Positions 16,810-23,901 of a stretch of DNA of 36,653 nucleotides are shown in pieces. Position 1 is the stretch's first letter, and every line of letters starts with the position of its first letter. The DNA is from an uncultured Nitrospirales bacterium. GTDB lineage: Bacteria; Nitrospirota; Nitrospiria; Nitrospirales; NS-4. The stretch covers positions 1 through 36,653 of the forward strand of contig CAZMPH010000005.1 of the NCBI GenBank assembly GCA_964568195.1. The letters run 5' to 3'. The translations under genes were made by a program, and so were the position numbers. The notes below the pieces were generated by a model. That model did not search any database, was not told where the DNA came from, and was given only the letters and a program-made list of their open reading frames with translations.

Positions 16810-17322
16810 CTATTTGGCAACGTCGTCCATCGTGTTTGACAGAGTTCTAATATCGTTGATGATCCAGTCATCGCAGGTGGAATCGGAGTCGACATTTCCT
16901 CTGGCGGCAGCCGTGAATGTACTTGGCGTCGCAGCCACAGGAGGTGGTCCCGGTGGAGCGACAGTTACATTGCAAGGAGCCGTCGCAGTGCTCCCACCGG
17001 GCAAGGCGGTAGGGGTGCCACCAATATCGTACCAATACGAATACTTCGGCGACCCGCTTATCACAAACTCAATAGGGGCGGTGCTTGAAAATTGGAGGCT
17101 TACCGGACTTTGCGCTTGCGAGGCAACCATTAATTTTGAAAACATGTCCCCAAGAACAAGCCTGGCCTCTGCCTGCCGGGCCTTGGCCTGATACCGCATG
17201 AAGTTCGGAATCGCGATCGCCGCCAGGATCCCGATGATCGCGACGACGATCATCAGTTCGATTAAGGTGAAGCCTGCCGACCCTTTCAACGAAAGGCCCG
17301 GCACGCGCGACGCTCTCCCCAT
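16810..17322 (-). CDS. Type IV pilin paralog, 170 aa, with a divergent central region rich in Ala/Pro/Ser/Thr
   Basis: ...SLKGSAG|FTLIELMIVVAIIGILAAIAIPNF. The C-terminal tail STCDDWIINDIRTLSNTMDDVAK matches ATCDEFVINDVRNLTNTNNDVAK of pilin 1. The track start at 17394 overlaps the sigma-54 promoter, so I use ATG 17322. A GTG at 17304 preceded by GGGAGAG is an alternative that gives an 11-aa leader. Confidence 0.85.
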   Translation of the reverse strand: MGRASRVPGLSLKGSAGFTLIELMIVVAIIGILAAIAIPNFMRYQAKARQAEARLVLGDMFSKLMVASQAQSPVSLQFSSTAPIEFVISGSPKYSYWYDIGGTPTALPGGSTATAPCNVTVAPPGPPPVAATPSTFTAAARGNVDSDSTCDDWIINDIRTLSNTMDDVAK

Positions 17323-17387
17323 GGACTCTAATTCACGTTCATCCAGCACTCGGCAGCTTAACCCCCTCGGCAGTACATACTCCGTTA

Positions 17388-17403
17388 AGCACACCGTCTG
17401 CCA
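17388..17403 (-). promoter_or_regulatory. Sigma-54 (-24/-12) promoter of pilin gene 2
   Basis: The minus strand reads TGGCAGACGGTGTGCT. GG and GC are at the canonical spacing, and the -12 element is GTGC instead of TTGC. It lies about 66 nt upstream of ATG 17322. Confidence 0.5.
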
Positions 17404-17485
17404 TTACACAATGCGCATGAAACGTCAGGAAAATCAAGGTCTCATGAACTCTACGTCCCTCTTGCCGAAAACTGAGAGGCGTTTC

Positions 17486-17512
17486 TTGTCGCACCACGAA
17501 CAAAAAATTGTC
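17486..17512 (-). promoter_or_regulatory. Paired TTGTC-N17-TTGTC element, candidate UAS for pilin gene 2
   Basis: The plus strand reads TTGTCgcaccacgaacaaaaaaTTGTC, 83 and 105 nt upstream of the -24 element. This is the same geometry, within 2 nt, as at pilin gene 1. Confidence 0.4.
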
Positions 17513-17536
17513 CGGATTCCGAACACAGCCTTCCAC

Positions 17537-19525
17537 TCAGCGATGTGGAATTTCGAAGACATAGACACCGTTACTCGTGAACAACAGCTTCAGCGCCCCT
17601 GGCAAAGCCTTCAACCGGCGCGCGTTCATCTCGGCGTCAACGCCTGAAAACGCCAGCACCCCATACCCCTCATGCAGACGCCTGAATTCGCGGACGTTGA
17701 GCACCACGTGCGTGAATCCCTCTGCAACCAGCCTGTCTGCCAGTGCCTTCGGGGACGAAGACTCCTGCACCCAACGATGCAGCGGATGGCGGTCATACGC
17801 CGTAGGCGCCATCGCCTCGCGCGCGAAATAATACGGTCTGGATTCCCCGATAAAAAGAATGCGCGCATCAGGAGGAATGGTCTCCCGCACGAAACGGGCA
17901 GCGCTGAAATGATCCAGTTGCTTGGCCAAATACCGATCGGCGGTCTCCCGCCCAAGCGCGACGTCGTATGAAGAAAAGACCGCCGCATGCTGGTTAATGA
18001 ACCGCGCCGAACCTCCGATCCCGACAGGCAGGAACAGCAACAGCGCCACCACTGGGGCGGTTTGTCCGAGGCGCAACACCACCCCGACCAGCACAGCCAA
18101 CCCTATTGCCATCGCGGGCGCGAAGAACCTGGCGGTCGGAGAAACGGCTATCCAGCCTGCTCCCGCCACCAGCGCAAAGAGTGTCGCAGCGCCGCTCAAG
18201 CGGCACTCCTTTGCGCCGCCGCCGAACACCCGCGTGATCGCCGGCAAGATCACCAGCAGACACGTGGCCGCGACCGCCAGCACCCCCGCATCCGAAGCGG
18301 AACCGAAGCGTTCGGGATGTTGCACGAGATCCACCGGCAGGCGCAACAACCCCTCCCACCCCAACCCGCCCGTTCCATACGGCAGGGCCCCTTGCACTTT
18401 GGCTTGACTCTCCTCGCTCCAGGGAACACCACCGAGCAGACCGTACGCCAACGGATAGATGGGGTTGCCCGTGTGGACATAGGCCCACGCCCACCACGGC
18501 GCGATGGTCGCCACAACAATCACCAGCGATCGCCTGACGTCCCGCAACGGCCACCCGGCTGCGAGAGCGGCGACAAGCGCCGCTGCCGCCCAATACAACC
18601 CGGACAACTTGACTGAGGCCGCCAGTCCTAATACCAGCCCAAAGGACAACCAGGGTCTTCGCTCGGCTTGAGGAGCAACCAGGAGCACGGCAGCGATCAC
18701 GACCGCAAACGTCAAACCGGTTTCGGCAAACGGCACCGTCGCGAGAAACCAGAACATCGGCGACGTCGCCAGAGCCACAACGACGAGTGCCGCGGCCCAC
18801 GGCGCAGATCTGGGCCACGCGATCGCGTCGGCCACGCCCCAGACGCCAAGCACGCACATCACCCAGACAGCGAAAGCGGTCGCTCTGGCGCCGAGATCCC
18901 CTCCTAACGCCATGCCCCAGGCCAACAACAGATCCGAGGCATGCGGCATCAGTGTGAAAACAACCCACGGCTCGGCCCTGAGCCCACCGGTCACGAGTAC
19001 GCGCTGCGGTATGACCAGGTGATATTCCAGCTCATCAAAGAACGTGGGGGGAATCGTGGCCCACAACCAGGCCACCAGTAGCGCGCCGCCCATCATCAGG
19101 CCGCCGACTGTTTCCTGAAGGATTCCGCATGAGGGACGGAAGCGGAAGGCGGCGCGAAGGGCCAGGAGCAGTCCGTAAACAAGGAGCGGGAGCGCGGCGA
19201 TCCCGCTGACCCAGAAGACACCACACATCGCGCTCGACACGGCCAGCAGAGACAGACAGGCGAGCCCCACGCCGACTTGAACGGCCAAGCCGATCACGTG
19301 GGAATGTTCGGCTTCCCCGAAGAGTCCACCGCAGGCCCGGTCAACCAACGCGCCGGCCGCATAGGCCATGATCAGAAAAGAGGCTGGAATCGCCAATAGC
19401 CAGAGACGTGCCGCGTCCACCAACGCGGTCCCGAAGAGCACCACGGCAGATGAGATCAGCAGCGAGAGGCAGGGGGCCGGCCAGGCAGCACGCAAGTCAG
19501 CCCCTGCCGGAGGTGGATTAGGCAC
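17537..19525 (-). CDS. Polytopic membrane protein, putative GT-C-fold glycosyltransferase (ArnT/PMT-like), 662 aa
   Basis: More than 10 hydrophobic spans and a soluble C-terminal domain of about 150 aa. An acidic loop motif follows an early TM segment (IPPTFFDELEYHLVIP), reminiscent of the DE..Y / DxD first-loop motif of GT-C enzymes. GTG start with no clear SD, so the start is uncertain. Family assignment is by eye only. Confidence 0.55.
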   Translation of the reverse strand: MPNPPPAGADLRAAWPAPCLSLLISSAVVLFGTALVDAARLWLLAIPASFLIMAYAAGALVDRACGGLFGEAEHSHVIGLAVQVGVGLACLSLLAVSSAMCGVFWVSGIAALPLLVYGLLLALRAAFRFRPSCGILQETVGGLMMGGALLVAWLWATIPPTFFDELEYHLVIPQRVLVTGGLRAEPWVVFTLMPHASDLLLAWGMALGGDLGARATAFAVWVMCVLGVWGVADAIAWPRSAPWAAALVVVALATSPMFWFLATVPFAETGLTFAVVIAAVLLVAPQAERRPWLSFGLVLGLAASVKLSGLYWAAAALVAALAAGWPLRDVRRSLVIVVATIAPWWAWAYVHTGNPIYPLAYGLLGGVPWSEESQAKVQGALPYGTGGLGWEGLLRLPVDLVQHPERFGSASDAGVLAVAATCLLVILPAITRVFGGGAKECRLSGAATLFALVAGAGWIAVSPTARFFAPAMAIGLAVLVGVVLRLGQTAPVVALLLFLPVGIGGSARFINQHAAVFSSYDVALGRETADRYLAKQLDHFSAARFVRETIPPDARILFIGESRPYYFAREAMAPTAYDRHPLHRWVQESSSPKALADRLVAEGFTHVVLNVREFRRLHEGYGVLAFSGVDAEMNARRLKALPGALKLLFTSNGVYVFEIPHR

Positions 19526-19593
19526 GAGTGGTCAGGCCGCCGGGGCGGGGCATGGAGGGCGCGCGATCAAGCGTCACACGAATGGCGCTGCGG

Positions 19594-21372
19594 CTACAAG
19601 GATTTCTTGGACTGCCTGTGCTGCGCTTTGCGGATCCGTTCATCGGCGGCCGGGTCCCAGAACCCCTTTGCCTTGAACCGATCCGTCAGCTTTCTGTTCG
19701 TCGGATCGAGCTCCAGCGAGCGAAGCCATGCTTCGCGGGCATCGGACAGGAGGTTATTGGTGAGACAGATTTCGCCGAGGTGCTCGAAGAACACGGGGTC
19801 GTCGTGCACCACGGCGACGGCTTGCTTCATCTCCTGAAGCGCTTCCTGCGACCGCCCCATCTTGAAATAGGCCCACGCCAGGCTGTCGAGGTAGTAGCCG
19901 TTCTGCGGCTTGACCGCGAGCGCCCGCTGAATCAGCACAACCGCCTCGTCCAGTCGCATGTCACGCTCCGCAAACGTATAGCCGAGATAGTTCAGGGCAT
20001 CGGCATGCTTGGGTTCCAACCGGATGGCTTCCTGCATCTCGCTGACCAGTTCGTCGAACCGCCCCAGCTTGTCATAGGCAGTGCCCAGGTTGAAGTGGAA
20101 GTCGGCGCTGTCGGGATGCCGCTGTAGCCCTTCGCGAAAGGTGGTGACCGCTTCTTCATGCCGCAACGCCTGCAGCAGGGCCAGGCCCAGCATGAGATAG
20201 GCATCCGGCAGCTTGGGATTCAGGGCGATCACCTGGCGAAAATGCGGCAGCGCCTCCTCGGTTCGCTTCAGGCGATACAGCAGATACCCGAGATGGAGGT
20301 GGGCATCGGCGAACCGCTCATCGGTCTGGATGATCGCCCCGTATTCCGCAATGGCTTTCTCGTAGTCCTTCATTTCCTCATAGAGGTAGGCCAAGTGGTC
20401 GCGCACCCGCAGTTCGTCCGGCCGCAGCGCCAGCACGAGTTTCATCTGCTCGACCGCTTTCGGGAACTCCTTCATTTCACCGTAAATCAGGCCGATGCGA
20501 AGCTGGGCCTCCACATCCCCGGGAGACTCCGCGACGGTCTCGCGCAACAAAGCAAGCGCCGGCTCATAGGCCTTCTGCGTCAACAGAATCCGGACCAGTC
20601 GGTGGCGCACTTCACGATTGCCCCGATTGATCTCCTGCAGATATTTTCGGAGCGTCGCAATGGCCTGCGCGGCATCGTCCTGGGCTTCGAGCGTCGCCGC
20701 CAACCCCAGATAGGCCGGGTCAAAGCCGGGATTGACGGCCAGGGCATCCCGATAGGCCTGCGCGGCCCGATCCCACGCCTTCTGCTCGACCAGTACGTGG
20801 CCGAGGTACAGATAGCCGGTCGGCGACGATACCGGCGACAGCGCGATGCCTTGACGGAGAATCCGCTCCGACTCCTCATACCGTTTTTGACCGGCCAGGA
20901 GCATGCCCATCGAATAATAGGCCTGCGCTTCCTGCGGCCGTAACGCCACGATCAGCTCGTAGTACCCGATCGCGCGATCGGAACGGCCCGTGGCCACAGC
21001 GACAGCGGCCAGGATGTTCAAGGCCGGGAGGCTGGCGGTGTCTTGGGCAAGCACTTCTTCGGCATGGGCCTGGGCTTTTCCATGCTCACCCCGGGTATGG
21101 TAGAGGGTCGCCAGGCGGAGGTGGAGCGCCACAGAGGCGGGATCAAGCGCAAGAGCCTTGTGGTACTCCTCCTGAGCCGTCCCGGCATCATTGGCCAGCT
21201 CGGCCTGGTACCCGCGCATGAAATGGTAGTAGGCCTGCGGGTCAGGGACTCGCTGCGATGGAGCGGCGGCGGCACCCCGTTCCGTGGCGTGAACAACAGA
21301 CGGGACGCCGACCGTCATGGCGGCCAGAAAGCAGCAAGCCCATCGGCTTAGTCGTAGAAAGGTAGTGGGCAT
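19594..21372 (-). CDS. Secreted tetratricopeptide-repeat protein, 592 aa
   Basis: Signal peptide MPTTFLRLSRWACCFLAAMTVGVPSVVHA|TE, followed by more than 12 TPR units (for example AQEEYHKALALDPASVALHLRLATLYHTRGEHGKAQAHAEEVL). I use ATG 21372, which is preceded by GGAGG at a 5-nt spacing. The track start at 21411 adds 13 residues before the signal-peptide n-region. Confidence 0.8.
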   Translation of the reverse strand: MPTTFLRLSRWACCFLAAMTVGVPSVVHATERGAAAAPSQRVPDPQAYYHFMRGYQAELANDAGTAQEEYHKALALDPASVALHLRLATLYHTRGEHGKAQAHAEEVLAQDTASLPALNILAAVAVATGRSDRAIGYYELIVALRPQEAQAYYSMGMLLAGQKRYEESERILRQGIALSPVSSPTGYLYLGHVLVEQKAWDRAAQAYRDALAVNPGFDPAYLGLAATLEAQDDAAQAIATLRKYLQEINRGNREVRHRLVRILLTQKAYEPALALLRETVAESPGDVEAQLRIGLIYGEMKEFPKAVEQMKLVLALRPDELRVRDHLAYLYEEMKDYEKAIAEYGAIIQTDERFADAHLHLGYLLYRLKRTEEALPHFRQVIALNPKLPDAYLMLGLALLQALRHEEAVTTFREGLQRHPDSADFHFNLGTAYDKLGRFDELVSEMQEAIRLEPKHADALNYLGYTFAERDMRLDEAVVLIQRALAVKPQNGYYLDSLAWAYFKMGRSQEALQEMKQAVAVVHDDPVFFEHLGEICLTNNLLSDAREAWLRSLELDPTNRKLTDRFKAKGFWDPAADERIRKAQHRQSKKSL

Positions 21373-21423
21373 GGCCGCCTCCGGAAGCATAACGCGAAGT
21401 TCGATGGACATTGCTCTCAGCGG

Positions 21424-21452
21424 ATTATAGGGGCGCCCCCGAGGAGAGTCAA
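21424..21452 (-). promoter_or_regulatory. Near-consensus sigma-70 promoter (TTGACT-17-TATAAT) for the TPR / GT-C-like genes
   Basis: On the minus strand, the -35 TTGACT is at 21452..21447, the spacer is 17 nt, and the -10 TATAAT is at 21429..21424. The -35 hexamer overlaps the dnaB stop codon (21449..21451). The predicted leader to ATG 21372 is about 45 nt. Confidence 0.55.
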
Positions 21453-22846
21453 TTCTGCTCCCGGATGTAGTTTCCGAACTTGGCGTACTCCGGCAGGAAT
21501 GTCAGGTGCACGACGCCCGTCGGTCCGTTGCGGTGTTTGGAGATGATGATATCCGCAACATGGTCGGGCGCCACGTCCTCTTCGACTTCACTCTGTTGGC
21601 CGGCGTACATGTCTTTGCGGTAGATCATCATGACCAGATCCGCGTCCTGCTCGATGGCACCCGACTCCCGGAGGTCGGCCAGCAGCGGCCTCTTGTCCTG
21701 GCGGCTCTCCACCGCCCGGCTGAGCTGCGAGAGCGCCACGACCGGGATGTTCAATTCCTTGGCGACGGATTTGAGCGATCGGGAGATGTCGGAAATCTCC
21801 TGCTGCCGATTTTCGCTGTCGCTGGTTCCGGACATTAATTGGAGATAATCCACCACCACCAGATCGAGGCCGGTCTCCGCCCGTTGCCGGCGGATCTTCG
21901 CCCTCATTTCCAGCGCCGAGATGCTCGGCGTGTCGTCGATGTAAATCTTGCTTTCGGTCAACGCGCTGGCGGCGCGGGTCAAGCTCGACCAGTCTTCCCG
22001 ATGCAGCTGGCCGGTTCTGATCCGGTGCATATCGAGAGAACCGGCCGCGCTCAACAGCCGCATGCATAATTGTTCCTTGGACATTTCCAGACTGAAGATG
22101 GCCACCTTGAACGACTTCGGTTTGTGCAGCGCGGCATTCAAGGCCATTCCCAGCGCCAGACTGGTCTTGCCGGTGCTCGGCCGCCCGGCGATGATGATGA
22201 GATCGGACGGCTGGAGACCGGCGGTCTTATCATCAAGATCTGCAAAGCCTGTCGGGATGCCGGTGATCTTCTCCTGCTGCTCGTACAGCTTGTTGATGTG
22301 CTCGACCGTGCTGTTGACGACATCCTTGATGGGACTGAATGACTTCTTCAGCCGGCTCTCCGCGATCCCGAAGATGCTCCGCTCGGCGTAATCCAGCAAC
22401 TCGTCGACGCGCTTCGTGCCCTCATACCCCCGAGTCACGATTTCCGTCGCCACCCCGATGAGCGTGCGATTGATCCCGGTTTCGTGAATGAGCTTCGCAT
22501 GATGGGTCACGCTGGACGCGGTCGCGACGGATTGCGCGAGATCGGTCAGGTAGGCGCTGCCTCCGATCCCTTCCAGAGTCCCGGCGTGCTGCAAATGATC
22601 CGTCAAGGTCACCAGATCGACGACCTGATTCTGCTCCGACAGCTCGATCATAGCCTCGAAAATTCGACGGTGCGCGGGCCGGTAGAACTCATCCGGTCCG
22701 ATGACTTCGAGCGCCTTGTAGAGCGCCTGGTTGTCCAGGAGGATGGCCCCGAGCACGGCCTGCTCCGCCTCGATGTTCTGCGGGGGCAGCTTGAGCGTTG
22801 CAGGATCGGCGCGAAGGGCACGCTCGGATCGACCACCGGGCGTCAT
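21449..22846 (-). CDS. dnaB: Replicative DNA helicase DnaB, 465 aa
   Basis: LPPQNIEAEQAVLGAILLDNQAL, Walker A in IIIAGRPSTGKTSLALGMALN, VVVDYLQLM, IPVVALSQLSRAVE, SGAIEQDADLVMMIYR and IISKHRNGPTG. The internal ATG at 22846 forms an ATGA overlap with the hisZ stop. The track's 103-aa Arg/Gly-rich extension overlaps hisZ. Confidence 0.95.
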   Translation of the reverse strand: MTPGGRSERALRADPATLKLPPQNIEAEQAVLGAILLDNQALYKALEVIGPDEFYRPAHRRIFEAMIELSEQNQVVDLVTLTDHLQHAGTLEGIGGSAYLTDLAQSVATASSVTHHAKLIHETGINRTLIGVATEIVTRGYEGTKRVDELLDYAERSIFGIAESRLKKSFSPIKDVVNSTVEHINKLYEQQEKITGIPTGFADLDDKTAGLQPSDLIIIAGRPSTGKTSLALGMALNAALHKPKSFKVAIFSLEMSKEQLCMRLLSAAGSLDMHRIRTGQLHREDWSSLTRAASALTESKIYIDDTPSISALEMRAKIRRQRAETGLDLVVVDYLQLMSGTSDSENRQQEISDISRSLKSVAKELNIPVVALSQLSRAVESRQDKRPLLADLRESGAIEQDADLVMMIYRKDMYAGQQSEVEEDVAPDHVADIIISKHRNGPTGVVHLTFLPEYAKFGNYIREQN

Positions 22847-23880
22847 CGGCGCTTCCCCTTCTTGCCGGCCGCCGCCGTCCGACCGCTCTGTACGGCGCGA
22901 AGCTGCAGGAGACGATCCAGGTCGAACGCGAATCCGGTTGACGGGACTTCGCGCCCGAACCGGCCGATCAGATGGTCGTACCGTCCCCCGCCCCCAACTT
23001 CCGCGCCCAACCCGTCGGCATAGATGTCGAAGACCAGTCCGGTGTAATACTCCATCCGTCGGATCTCTCCCATGTCCAGCAGGAGATGGTCCCCTACGCC
23101 CGCCGCCGTCATCCGCTCCCACACCTCCCGCAACCGAGCCAGCGACCGACGGCAATCCTCGCTCCGAGGCGCCAGCCGCGCCGCCGCCTCCAGCATCTCG
23201 TAGCCCCCGAACAGCTCAGGGACCGCCAGGAGCGCCTTGGCGGCGCGTCCCCGTACGCCGGCGCTCCTGAGCAAGGCCTCCATCCGCGAGACATCCTTCC
23301 GCGCCGCCGCTTCACGGAGACTTCGTTGCACGGATTCAGAGACGCCGGTCCGGCGCAGCAGGGCATTGAAGAACGCGCCTTGCCCGATTGCAATGGTAAA
23401 CGCGGTGATGCCCAGACGCCGGAGGCATTCCGCCGCGACCATGATCGGCTCGACGTCGGCCGCCGTGCCCTTGGGGCCGATCAGCTCGACGCCGATCTGG
23501 AAGATCTCGCGGTCGCGGCCGGCATGCTCCGGCTCGTAGCGAAAGACGTTCGTGCTGTAGCAGAGCCTCAGAGGCAGCGGCTGGTCCATCATGCCCATCG
23601 CCACCATCCGGGCGATCTGGGCCGTGACGTCCGGTCGCATAACGAGGATGCGTCCCGTCGCCCGGTCCACCACCTTGTAGGACTTCTCGATGAGTTCGGC
23701 GTCAAGACCCGGGGCCAGGACGTCCAGGTATTCGAACGTGGGCGGGATGATTTCGCGATAGCCGCGTTCCGCGAAGACCGCGAAGGCAGTCTCTTCCACA
23801 GCGCGCTTCTCTTCCGCCGCAACGGGCAGAAACGTCGCGACGCCTTGCGGTATAGGAGAGCGGGCAGGCTTCATCATCAC
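22843..23880 (-). CDS. hisZ: ATP phosphoribosyltransferase regulatory subunit HisZ (HisRS-like, class II aaRS fold)
   Basis: FAERGYREIIPPTFEYLDVL, SYKVVDRATGRILVMRPDVTAQIARMVA, LRLCYSTNVFRYE, REIFQIGVELIG and GGGGRYDHLIGRFG. There is no anticodon-binding domain, consistent with HisZ rather than HisS. The start could be GTG 23880, ATG 23877 or ATG 23874. Confidence 0.8.
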   Translation of the reverse strand: MMMKPARSPIPQGVATFLPVAAEEKRAVEETAFAVFAERGYREIIPPTFEYLDVLAPGLDAELIEKSYKVVDRATGRILVMRPDVTAQIARMVAMGMMDQPLPLRLCYSTNVFRYEPEHAGRDREIFQIGVELIGPKGTAADVEPIMVAAECLRRLGITAFTIAIGQGAFFNALLRRTGVSESVQRSLREAAARKDVSRMEALLRSAGVRGRAAKALLAVPELFGGYEMLEAAARLAPRSEDCRRSLARLREVWERMTAAGVGDHLLLDMGEIRRMEYYTGLVFDIYADGLGAEVGGGGRYDHLIGRFGREVPSTGFAFDLDRLLQLRAVQSGRTAAAGKKGKRR

Positions 23881-23901
23881 GGAACCAGCCGGCGGGGCCG
23901 G

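Noticed and set aside
16966-16974. N-X-T sequon (CNVTV) in pilin 2 as a PglB-type N-glycosylation site.
   Set aside because: Bacterial PglB sequons require Asp/Glu at position -2, and here that residue is Pro (A-P-C-N-V-T). No PglB-like STT3 gene is visible in the window.
16054-17322. TfpO/PilO-type glycosylation of a C-terminal serine on the pilins.
   Set aside because: Both pilins end in ...DVAK (C-terminal Lys), not Ser. If glycosylation occurs it would have to be at internal sites (PglL-like), as proposed in the findings.
17495-17520. An A6/T6 run with flanking short complementarity downstream of the GT-C-like gene, as a terminator.
   Set aside because: The only pairing available is a 4-bp AT-rich stem (ACAA/TTGT). 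The segment is better explained as part of the TTGTC-N17-TTGTC element upstream of pilin 2.
21430-21439. The GGGGCGCCCC palindrome as an intrinsic terminator of dnaB.
   Set aside because: Only a 4-5 bp stem is possible, with essentially no loop and no downstream U-tract. It sits in the spacer of the TTGACT-17-TATAAT promoter instead.
5073-23155. 5' extensions of ORF-track entries: 5073..5129, 6574..6888, 8672..8689, 9778..9903, 10374..10517, 13990..14073, 17323..17394, 21373..21411 and 22847..23155.
   Set aside because: Each extension overlaps the 3' end of the upstream gene or a promoter, encodes Arg/Gly/Pro-rich sequence, and precedes an internal ATG. That ATG either forms an ATGA overlap or short gap with the upstream stop, or has a proper SD.
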